In this document: positions 41,680 to 53,466 of the stretch, piece by piece
Layout: each line of letters opens with the position of its first letter
Numbering within the stretch: position 1 is the first letter of the stretch
DNA from: the human T2T-CHM13v2.0 reference genome, Homo sapiens
DNA length: 64,000 nucleotides
NCBI RefSeq assembly: GCF_009914755.1
Contig: NC_060934.1
Strand: one strand, 5' to 3'
Notes under the pieces: model-generated
Seen by the model: the letters and a program-made list of their open reading frames with translations, nothing else
What the model was told of the DNA's origin: nothing
Databases searched by the model: none
Position numbers and translations under genes: made by a program

Positions 41680-42180
41680 GCAGCGCCTCTTCTTCCAAAT
41701 ACAGCCCCAGCTGACGCAGATTAGCACAACCGCCTAAGCGGCGGAACTCTGGAGAGTGCGGAACCTAGGATCCTAGGAAACTGAAGGCAACGGAACCTGG
41801 GGGCGATGGAATCCGGGAGCGGAGGAACCCGGAGCCTGTAGAACTTGAATCTAGAGGAACCTGACAGCGGCGCCGAGGGGGCCACCCGGACTCTGTTTGG
41901 AACGGAAGCACAGTGTCCGCCGCTTCCTGGTTGCGGGTCAGCGCCCAGGTCCTGGGCTGGCCGCCGGGATGTTGCCCTACACAGTGAACTTCAAGGTGTC
42001 GGCGCGCACCCTCACGGGGGCCCTCAACGCCCACAACAAGGCGGCGGTGGACTGGTGAGGACGCCGAGCTTCCAGGTCGCCAGGATCGGCCAGGAATGTG
42101 TGAGGGGGAAGGGGGAAGGACAAGAGGTTTCACCCCCTGGTTAGTTTGGCCTCGCTAAGGCAGGGAGCCGCCCTCACGCA
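41680..42180. promoter_or_regulatory. CpG-island, TATA-less, probably bidirectional promoter of WDR11
   Basis: Sharp rise in GC and CpG content around exon 1; ETS-type CGGAAG at 41903 and CTTCCTGG near 41923; repeated CGGAAC; half-CRE TGACG at about 41712. Confidence 0.85.
41969..42054 (+). CDS. WDR11: WDR11 coding exon 1 (MLPYTVNFKVSARTLTGALNAHNKAAVD-W), 86 nt
   Basis: ATG at 41969 in a CpG island; translation matches the WDR11 N-terminus as I recall it; donor TG|gtgagg. Confidence 0.97.
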
Positions 42181-43071
42181 ATGAGCTTGCTTTCAGTTGG
42201 TGGATTTTTGTTGTTACAAAAGTGATAATAGCCCCGTGTGGGAAATTCCCCCATGCAAATACATTTCCCCTCTTTCTCGCGTATTTCTCTGCTGTTTTCT
42301 CTGCACCTCGCCCTTTTGCCGTTCCATTCCTCTCTCTTTTCCTCTCCTCCAGCTTCCAGGCTTCTCTCTCTCCACCATTAATTCCCTGTGCACTTTCTCT
42401 TTCCCATCCTGTCTTTTCTTTTTCGTTGTCTTGTATTCCTGTTGTCTTTCAACAATGTGCCAGACCCTGTGCTAGGCGCCTGTTCTTTCACCTGTCCTTT
42501 TCACCTCTTTTCGGGCTCCTCCTGTGTAGAACATTCCTGCCTTCAACAGGTCGTCTTTATTACTCTCTCCTTTCACTATAAATTACTACTGCAGCTCTGA
42601 AAACTACTCATTAGACAAATGTAAAGCAAAATTCTGTGGCTGTGGGATGTTGTTAGGAGGACTGAAACGTCTTGTGCAGTGTTTGTCGTTTTATTTAGTT
42701 GGAAGGACTAGGATTAGTCGCAGTATCCCCAGGCACATTGTGGATACTAAGGATTAGAAATCGGATAAGCGAAAGACGTATGCCTACAAGAACAGTCAGA
42801 GGGCACATGTTCCTTTTTATGTCCTCGGGTCTCTATTTTCATATCTTTTAGAACTTTTTTTATCCGAATGAAAAGTGAATTTCAACAAGCATTTTAAGCT
42901 TAGCCAGATCTTTTATTTAAGTGGGATAATGATAAATACTGGCCTTTGGGTTTAAATGATTTTATTAATGGTGGTACATATGAATTAGACTTATCATTTA
43001 TTTAGGCTTGGCAAGAAAGAAGTCGTCCTGCTTTGTTCTGTACTTAAACTTTAACATTACTGTTTTGCTAG

Positions 43072-43183
43072 GGGCTGGCAAGGTTTAATTGCTTATGGAT
43101 GTCATTCACTTGTGGTAGTGATTGATTCCATTACTGCCCAAACTCTTCAAGTTTTAGAAAAGCATAAAGCTGATGTTGTAAAG
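43072..43183 (+). CDS. WDR11: WDR11 exon 2 (GWQGLIAYGCHSLVVVIDSITAQTLQVLEKHKADVVK), 112 nt
   Basis: Acceptor ttttgctag|G, donor AAG|gtaagt; phase matches exon 1 (cumulative 198 nt). Confidence 0.97.
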
Positions 43184-43423
43184 GTAAGTAAAATCCCACT
43201 TTGACGCTAACATGTTGTCTAGTCTAAAGTTTAATACTGTGTATCACTAAGCTCTCATTAAGTCTTACGTGTAAGTGTTGAATAGCTTTTAAATATAACA
43301 ACCTATTTGGGGTAGCCTAGAATTTTCATATATATGACTTAATGTCAATACAGGGTGAGTTATTAAATGCTAGTTGTTAGATCATTTTAAGGCAGATGAA
43401 AGTTCTACCATTTACAAGACCAC

Positions 43424-44558
43424 TCAGTCATTCCTTAGTTTTGAGCACTTACCATATGCTATGGATATGGAGATGAAAGCCCTCAGATAATTCTCCATCT
43501 TATAAAGAAGACTCACAGCGTGATAGTGTGATAAGTGAGACTTGCGTAACACGCTGTGAGAAAACAGAGGAGCTGCATATTGCCTGGTTGTGAGGAGAGT
43601 CACAGAAGTCTTCAGTTTCAAGACTAGTAGACAGTAGTTAGCCAAGTAAAAAATTGACAAGGAGCATTGCAGGGAAAAGCAAGAATATACACAGAAGTAA
43701 GTAGCGTGCCATAAAGATGGCTAAAGATGGGACACTTGTAGGAGTGATGAAATAAGAGGCAGCCAGAGAGATTCAGCTGTCTGTCCTGAAGTTTTGTAAG
43801 ATTACGAAGGAGTTTGGATTTTTTTTTTTTTTAGACAGAATCTCACTCTGTCGCCCAGGCTGGAGTGCAGTGGCATGATCTCGGCTCACTGTAAGCTCCA
43901 CATCCTGGGTTCACGCCATTCTCCTGCCTCAGCCTCCTGAGTAGCTGGGACTACAGGCACCCACCACCATGCCCAGCTAATTTTTTGTATTTTTAGTAGA
44001 GACCGGGTTTCACCATGTTAGCCAGGATGGTCTCGAGCTCCTGACCTCGTGATCCACCCGCCTTGGCCTCCCAAAGTGCTGGGATTACAGGTGTGAGTCA
44101 CCGCGCCCAGCAGGAATTTGGATTTTTGAGTAGGAGATTGATGTGACCATATTCGCGTCTTAGAAAAACTCTGGCAGCAGTGGAGGATCTGCTGAAGAAA
44201 TGCAAGACTGGAGGCAGTAAGATCATTTAGGAGATTTCTGCAGTAATTTTGGTGGGAAATTCTAAGGGCCTAAAATAAAGCTGGGGCATGGAGAAGTCAT
44301 GTTTAAGAGCAGCAAAGAGGTAAACCTGATAGCCTTTATAGTGATCAGTATAAAGGAGAGTAAGAGAATAGAGTGACTCCAAGGTTTCTTTTGGTGTAAT
44401 TGAATGACAGTGTTTCCAGTTATCAGAGGTAAGCATCTGTGAAGTCAGTGAATTTTTAAGTTTTCAACATGCAAAATCTGAGATGCCTGTAATATATTGC
44501 ATTATAGTGATCCGGGCTTTAGGAGATAGGTCAGGATTAGAGATAGAGATTTGGAGTC
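43424..44558 (-). mobile_element. L2 fragment in WDR11 intron 2 (split by AluY)
   Basis: cagtcattcc...ttgagcacttaccatatgc; gagtgactccaaggtttct. Confidence 0.65.
43819..44112 (-). mobile_element. AluY-like
   Basis: aagctcc, ttcacgccattctcc; TSD gg(a/g)tttggattttt-like. Confidence 0.93.
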
Positions 44559-44559
44559 T

Positions 44560-46830
44560 TTTTCTTTTTTAAATAATAGCTTTATTGAGATACTCATACC
44601 ATAAAATGTACTGACTTAAAATGCACAATTCTGTGGCTTTTAGTATATCCACAGTTAATGCAGCCACAATTACAATGAACTTTTTTACCTCAAAAAGAAA
44701 CCCTATATCCACTAGCAGTCATATTCCATTTCCCCCATTTCCCTCATCCTTTGGCAACCACTGACCTACTTTCTGTGTCTGTAGACTGGCCCATTCTGGG
44801 GATTTTATATAAATTGAATCATATAATTTGTGGTCTTTTGTGCATGACTTCTTTCACTTAGGATAATGTTTTCATGGTTCATCTGCGTTGTAGCATATAT
44901 CAATACTCTGTTACTGATGAATAATATTCCACTGTAAGGATGTATCACATTTATTTTATTGATGGACATTTGGATATTTTGTACTTTTTGCCTGTTACGA
45001 ATAATGCTGCTTTGCACATTCATGTGCAAGTTTTGTGTGAACCTGTGTTTTCATTTCCCTTGAGTATGTTTCTAGGGGTGGAATTACTGACTCATATGGT
45101 AACTCTGTTTAACTTTTTGAGGAACTGCTGGACTGTTTTCCAAATTAACATTCTCATTAGTAGTGTATGAGGAGTCTAATTTGTCCAAATCCTCACCAAC
45201 GCTTGCTGTTCTCTGTTCTTTTGATTATAACCATCCTAATGGGTATGAATTGATTCTCATTGTGGCTTTGGTTTGCATTTCCCTGATGGCTAAAGGTGTG
45301 GAGTATCTTTTCATGTGCTTATTGGCCATTTGTATATCTTCTTTGGAGAAATGTCTATGCAGGTCCTTTGCCCATTTTAAAATTGTATTATTTATCTTTT
45401 TATAATTGAGTCGTAAGATTTCTTTGTATACAGTAGTCCTCCCTTATCCAGAAGGGAAATGTTCCAAGACCCCAGTGGAAGCCTGAAACCCTGGATAGTA
45501 CTGAACCCTATATATATTGTGCTTTTTCTCATACATACTTACTTATGATAAAGTTTATAAACCAAACCCTGTATATACTGTTTTGTCTCATACATACTTA
45601 CCTATGATCAAGTTTATAAATTAGGCATAATAAGAGATTAACAACAATAACTAATAATAATAAAGGAGAACAATTATAACAATACATCAGCATTACTACT
45701 CTTGCACTTTGGGGGCATTATAAAGTAAAATAAGGGTTACTTGAACATAGCACTGAGATATCACAACAGTTGATCTGATAATCAGTATGGCTACTGAGGG
45801 CAGGTGGTGTATACAGCATGGATGTTCTGGACAAAGGGATGATTTATGATTAAGGCAGGATGGAACAGGACAGTGGGAGATTTCATCATGCTATTCAGAA
45901 AAGCGCATAATTTATGAATTGTTTATTTTTAGACTTTTTTGTGTCATATGTTTGGATTGATACATGATTTGCAAATATTTTCTCTCAATTTGTGGGTTGT
46001 CTTTTTACTTTCTTGGTGGTGTCTTTTGAAGAACAAAACTTTTTCATTTTGATGTAGTCCAATTTATTATTTTGTATTGTTGTTGCTTGTACTTTTTGTG
46101 CCATATCCAAGAAACCATTGCTTTCTCCAATATCAAGAAGATATATACCTTTGTTTTTTTCTTAGAATTTTAGAGCTTTAGCTTTTAATCCATTTTGAGT
46201 TAATTTTTATATATGATGTGAAATAGGGAAAAATACTATTAATTTTTGTTTATTGATCATATCCTGTAATCTAGCTAACTTCACTTAGTAGATCTATTTA
46301 ATAGTAATTTTGGGTAAATTTTTTTTAAGTAGACAGTCATGTCACTGCAAGTGACTGCAGTTTAATGTTTTCATTGATAATCTGTGTGTCTTCTATTTTT
46401 CTTGCCATGTTGCATTGGCTAGGACCTCTACTACAATGAATGGGAGAGTAGTGAGAGGATACTCTTGTCCTGTTCCTGAGCTTAGGGGGAAAGTATTCAG
46501 TCTTTCATCAAGTCTGATGTAAGGTATAGGGTGTTTTGGGAAAAATATATTTACCTTCTCTTTCCCTCTCTGTTTCCTTTCCCCTACACTGCCCCTTGGC
46601 ATTTCTGGAGCTTTTATTTCTTTATGTAGGTCCAAGTTTCAGTCTGGTATTATATTCCCATCGACTGAAGAATTTACTGTAAGTTCTTAAAGTGCCTGTC
46701 TAATATTGGTTGATTCTCTTAGCTTTTATTTCTCTGAGAAAGTATTTCACCTTTGTTTTCGAAAGATAATTTTCAAAGGATATAGAATTCTGGGTTTATA
46801 ATTTTTTTTTCTAGTAGTACTTTACAAATA
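44560..46830 (-). mobile_element. L1MB/L1M antisense fragments interrupted by MER44
   Basis: gctttattgagata...; ttcatgtgcttattggccatttgtatatcttctttggagaaatgtcta. Confidence 0.8.
45431..45935 (+). mobile_element. MER44B-like (Tigger) DNA transposon, 3' TIR missing
   Basis: TA|cagtagtcctcccttatcc...gttccaagaccccagtgga. Confidence 0.8.
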
Positions 46831-46833
46831 TCA

Positions 46834-47208
<375 letters not shown>

Positions 47209-47375
47209 TTATATCTTTTTTCCTCCGATTATCTTCAAGATTTCCTTAACCTTGGTTTTCAATAGTTTGATTATTAAAATATATATATATATGGCTTGGA
47301 GTTTACCTAAATGGAATTCAACATATACATATACAAATATATACACATATACAAACATATATATACACATAGAGA

Positions 47376-47985
47376 CAGTCAATTCTTGTTATTTGTGGTA
47401 GCTATATTCTGTAAAGTTGTTGTATACACTGAATTAGTGAATACTGAAACTTTGTTTGCTCCTAGGGGTTAGGTTCTTGTGAGGCTCTGGTCACAACATT
47501 TTCATCAACTGATCAATAGATAACCTTGCTTTATATGTGTTTCCGTTTAAAGACATATTAATATGTCAGTTGATCTATTAACATTGAACTCATAGCCAAC
47601 AACACATGCCTGAGCAAAGATTATCACATATATATATATGTATGTATTTTTTGCAAGACACATCACAACTTCTCATACTTAGAAACGGTAGGCAGTATGC
47701 TTGGGGACCTATTTAAACAGTGAAGTCACCAGCAAAAGGAACAAAAATGTGAAAAATGTGGTACTAAATAAATCATGAGATGAACACTTGTTTTGCCATT
47801 GGAAAAGCTAAAGCAAGAATTCTTGTTTGACTTCAGCTGGGAACACACATGTATGTTCGGTGACATTTTTTTCACCATTCTGCACTTGTCCACAAAAGCA
47901 CTGCAAGTATTGATTTTGAGGTTGCAAATTATAGTGAGTAGGTAAATTGACAAATACAGAATCTATAAATAACTAGAATGGACTG
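47376..47985 (+). mobile_element. MER82-like (Tigger) DNA transposon
   Basis: TIRs cagtcaattcttgttattt ... aaataactagaatggactg. Confidence 0.8.
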
Positions 47986-49189
47986 TGTACACATATATAC
48001 ACTATACATATTCTATTCATACACATTCTATACCTATGAACTTAAACATATACACATACAAATATGCATACACACATACATATGCATATATACACATACC
48101 TCATTTAAAAATTTTTGCCTGAGCAAAAGATCTATTACAGGAAAACCTTAAGGCCTGTTCACGCTCATTTTCAGAAAACGTTGTTTCCATCTTTTTCATG
48201 AATACTACTGCAATTGGTTGGCTTACTTTCCTACCTTAGCATTATATATGAGTGTATTTATATCTGTACACATATATAGGTATATACATTTATATGTATT
48301 TATAGATTTGTGGTATTTAAATCTACTTATTAAACAGACCTTGGACACTGTACTAAGTCTGAGAATAGAAATGCAAACAAAGACCACATGGTGTGCCCTA
48401 TGGAACTTACAGTTGATGGACTCATGAATAGGCAAAAAGAATGTAAATAAAATAAGTACAAATTGTGTAGTAGTAAATGCTTTGAAGAAAATAAGCAGGA
48501 TACTGAGAAGAGAGGGGTGGTAGTGACCAGGGAAGGCCTGACTCCTAGTGAGGACTATGAAATTTTTCCCTTATTCTGTCAGTATTCATTGTTCAAGAAT
48601 TTAATCAGATTTGCCCTGGAGTTCATGTGTTTTTTATTTTAAAAATTCTATTGTTAATCATGTTGCTATAGGCATGAAGCATTTTTTTTTTTTAGAGAAA
48701 AACTTTATGTTTTGTGAAAGAGAGAGACAGCTAGAGTTTTTTGTTTGACTTTGCCTTCTCCTGACTTTCCCTCTGCAAGGTTTTTGTGTTTCTAAGTTGT
48801 CTTCTTTTAGTTAGGAGACTAGAATACAGAAAAACATTCTGCTAAATATGATTTTAGGTATTTTGTCATAAATTAGATCTTAGGAAAACTGATTTTCAAG
48901 GCATCCTGGGGTTTTAACCTAAATTTCCCAAAATATTAAGGCTGTGAATCATTTTTCATCACAGGATCTTTGTGATGTGTCAAAGAAAACAATTTTGTAA
49001 CTGCAGTTAAAGATATCTACCAAAGTAACACAAATGCTGCCTTCAAAATGAAAACCAGTTTTCTGTTTATTCTTGCTAAATGTTTATGTAATATAAATGT
49101 AGTATGGGTTCTGGTTGATGTTTTGTGAAAATTATGTTCTGTTTCATCCAGCGCAAGTATTTACTTGATCTGATTTCTTCTTGATACAG

Positions 49190-49343
49190 GTTAAATGGGC
49201 CAGGGAAAACTATCACCATAACATTGGCTCACCATATTGCTTACGGTTAGCTTCTGCTGATGTCAATGGGAAGATCATCGTCTGGGATGTAGCAGCAGGA
49301 GTAGCTCAGTGTGAGATCCAAGAGCATGCCAAGCCTATCCAGG
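49190..49343 (+). CDS. WDR11: WDR11 exon 3 (VKWARENYHHNIGSPYCLRLASADVNGKIIVWDVAAGVAQCEIQEHAKPIQ), 154 nt
   Basis: Acceptor gatacag|GTT, donor CAGG|gtgagg; WD-repeat motif LASADVNGKIIVWD; cumulative 352 nt. Confidence 0.97.
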
Positions 49344-49703
49344 GTGAGGAAAGTCTGCTCAGCTAAGTGTGTATATTGATACACTTACTCTTGGAGTGGT
49401 TTTTTGGTTTTGGGGGTTTTCCCCCATTCATTTAATTTTATCAATTCCAAGTTAGCTCTTGATTGTGTTTTGCCTATTCTGCTGATCTAAATCTGGCTTT
49501 CTGTCCTTACTAATACACTTCTAGGCATATTTCTTCAAATCTCAACTGATTTGTGCTTTGGTAAAACTCATTAATTGCAATATCAGCCTCATTCAAGCAT
49601 GATAAGAAAAAGTTAGTGGTACAATCTTGTAATCTAAGCTACAATATAAGGAAAATTGGCCACTGCTGTTAGGAACTAGCCATCAGTGCTTACTCTACAT
49701 TAA

Positions 49704-50113
<410 letters not shown>

Positions 50114-50653
50114 CAGTACAGTATTCTTTAGACTTAAGTCCTCCAGTGGCTCTCTTGACTGAATGAATTTTTTAAATGACTATTTAAAAAATATTTATTA
50201 AATACTTACTGTGTACTAGGTACTGAACTAGATCTTTGCATATTCTGTTTATTTTTTGAAAAACCATGAAGAACTGTAAAGTTCCATTAAGTAATTCCAC
50301 AGAAACATTAGGAAAGTCTGACATCTTGGTTGTGGCTAAGAGAGTTTCATATTGATTTTATAGTTTTAAGTAATGATTAGGGCAAATTGCCTTTTATTTT
50401 CTTTGAAGTAATATTTCAGATTACTTCAAAATTTTTACCTTGAGAGTTTAACCAGACAACTTATTTTTATATAGAATTAGTTTTTTCTCTGGAATATTGA
50501 TACACACACACACACACACACACGTCACATTTGGGGCTGGTGGTTAAGTTTTTAAAGATTATATTTTAAAAACTAAATATCAAGGACAAGTTAGCCAAGG
50601 ACTTTGGAGAGTGTGGTTTCTGAATTTTGCCTTTCTTTATCGGGTCTTTCCAG

Positions 50654-50827
50654 ATGTTCAGTGGTTGTGGAATCAAGATGCTTCCCGCGATTTACTGCTT
50701 GCTATCCACCCGCCAAATTACATTGTGCTCTGGAATGCCGACACTGGCACCAAACTATGGAAGAAGAGCTATGCAGATAACATTCTTTCTTTTTCTTTTG
50801 ACCCTTTTGATCCCTCACATTTAACTT
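50654..50827 (+). CDS. WDR11: WDR11 exon 4 (DVQWLWNQDASRDLL...FDPFDPSHLT), 174 nt
   Basis: Acceptor tttccag|AT, donor ACTT|gtgagt; cumulative 526 nt, frame continuous. Confidence 0.97.
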
Positions 50828-52656
50828 GTGAGTAACAGTTGCTTGTGGAAAATGAGTTAAGTGAGATATTTATAATATAGTAATGCTATGTGCATGAGAT
50901 ATACACACACATTATACATCTATAATGTTAAAATGACTGAGCGAAGTGGAGAAGCATGTCTAGTCCATATATCTGCAGCTCCTAATACACATACTCAATC
51001 ATAAGTTCATATCATTGCAAATATGATAAAAAATTAAATCAGCAAGCTACACCTTCACTGTGTTGAATTTGTGAATAGTATTAGACTAGCCAGGGACAGA
51101 GAGTTACTTTGACACTCCAGACTTAATTAGTTCTTCTAAGAACATTTAAATAACTTGAATCAAGGGTTTCATTCAGTCTGTGGCCAAGTTAAGTTCTTGC
51201 TTTTTAATAAATTGTCCTAATTCACGCCATTCATTTTGAGTGCCATAAACAGATGCATGTAAAGAAGAAATAAGCCTAAGCAAGTTTTTTCTTGCAGAGA
51301 TAGTTTTTGCTAATATGCTTTTAATGTTTTCCTGAGCTAATGATCTAAAAATGAGATGTGCTTTAGGTATTTTTGTGGCTAAATTGTTTAGAAACTATTT
51401 AATCATCCAACAGATATTTCTTGAGCTATTGCTACTCTTCTGGGAACCAAGATGTCTCAGAACCCAAAAGGCAGGAGCCTTCACAGAGTTTGCATTCTAG
51501 TGAGAAGAAGTCATATCATAAACTGTGACCACAATGAATTAATAAATTCTAGTGTAGTAAGAGGTGACAGGTGATATAAAGGCAGGATAAAGGGGATGCA
51601 GAAGAATGGGGGATGAGGGCATGCAAGTTGTATGAGATAAAGTGGTCAAAGTAGGCTTCACTTTGATAATGATCAGAAATGTGAAGGAGGTAAGGGAATT
51701 AGCTATGGTAAGGAATGTTTTTCCTGGATTTGAATGACTCAAAATTGTTTTACCCATCAACTTTTATTGAGGGGTGTGTGTGTGTCTGCACGTGTTAAAG
51801 GAGGAAGAGAAAGGCAGACAAAGTTGAAATTATAATAACATGGGAAATGTGGCTGTGTAAATACACTACAGGGTGCTTAGGCTTTTATGTATGTAAATGT
51901 TTGTATATGGACGTGTGCATACATACACTCACTTGGTCACCAGTTTACTTACTCACATAGGTGCAGTGCTGGGGAAACACCTAGGAGGGCTGGCCCAGTT
52001 GGCAGAGTCAGGGAAGGAGGGCATCACAAAAGAAGGAAGCAAAGGGGACCTTGAAGGATGAGTTCTGGAACCTGAAAAGGCAACAAGGCTTTCAGCTAAC
52101 TTGATTGCATCAGCTCTTTACATCTCTGTAATTTGGTTGATGAAAGCATTGTGTGTTCCAGAGTGTCAGTTGACCTAACATCTTTGATTTACTCATATTG
52201 AATGTGCTAGGGTTGTCATAACTCTTGAATGCATCCTTTTTCCCTGTGTTTAGAGCAGCCTTGCTAAGGGCTGGGACCCAGGGTAGTAAGGTTTTTCTGC
52301 TCATGTCTTCCAGTATTAGGCCCATTGTTGAGGGAGATTATTTTTTCAGTCATAAAAAGGCATAATTTGTATTGCTAAATATGGTGCTCCCTCCTTGACT
52401 ATTTTTGTTTCATGTACACTTAGTAAGTCACTGTGGGCCCACTACTGTTTTCTAAATATTAAGGGAAAAGAATATTCCTTAATCATCTTAAGGTTCGATC
52501 TGATGCTTGAGAAGAAAAAGGGAATATATTTAGACTGAGTAGCTCAGGATAAAAATTTGGTATCATCAAATAAAATATATGAACTTAGCTAATTGTGATA
52601 TGCAGAGCCTCTTAAGTATGGTTTTTTGTTTTTTTAAGTTATGGGATATGTTAAAG

Positions 52657-52955
52657 TTTTTTTGTTTGTTTGTTTTTTGTTTTTGTTTTTGTTTTTTTTT
52701 TTTGAGATGGAATCTTGCTCTGTCACCCGGGTTGGAGTGCAGTGGCACTATCTCGGCTCACTGCAACCTCCACCTCCCAGTTCAAGCGATTCTCCTGCCT
52801 CACTCTCCTGAGTTGCTGGGATTACAGGTGTGTGCCACCACGCCTGGCTAATTTTTCTATTTTTGGTAGAGACGGGGTTTCACCATGTTGATCAGGCTGG
52901 TCTCGAACTCCTGACTTCATGATCTGCCTGCCTCTGCCTCCCAAAGTGCTGGGAT
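52657..52955 (-). mobile_element. AluS, 5' truncated
   Basis: Ends at gtgctgggat; (TTTTTG)n tail. Confidence 0.9.
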
Positions 52956-53279
52956 AATAAGGAAAGATTTTTAATGAAAGTCCGTGCCCTGAATTTATTT
53001 AGAAGAACAAACACTTGTTCTTTCTGCCAATAACCTTATGTTATCTTTTTAATATAAGACATAATATAGAATGCCAAGCTTGGAGGCCTCTGATGAATTG
53101 TAATGGACCACCTGTTTCTCTTCAACTTAGAGAACATTCCCATTATGTTATGACTGCATAACATTGCCAGTTATATATTATTAAAATTATCACTATATTG
53201 CTCTCAAAATTGTATTGGAATAAAACTGTATGCTAAACTTCATTAAACTTTAATCAGAGTTTTGCTTTTCTCAATATAG

Positions 53280-53466
53280 TGCTTACCAGCGAGGGTATTG
53301 TTTTCATCTCAGACTTCTCCCCATCCAAGCCTCCCTCAGGCCCTGGGAAAAAAGTTTACATATCCAGCCCACACTCTAGCCCAGCTCATAACAAGCTGGC
53401 CACAGCCACAGGTGCCAAGAAAGCTCTAAATAAAGTAAAAATTTTAATCACTCAAGAGAAACCTAG
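53280..53466 (+). CDS. WDR11: WDR11 exon 5 (LLTSEGIVFISDF...KILITQEKP), 187 nt
   Basis: Acceptor caatatag|TG, donor CTAG|gtaagt; cumulative 713 nt. Confidence 0.97.

Noticed and set aside
41765-42144. Overlapping 122-aa (minus) and 99-aa (plus) ORFs at the promoter
   Set aside because: Stop-poor GC-rich CpG island with non-ATG starts; the real frame starts at 41969
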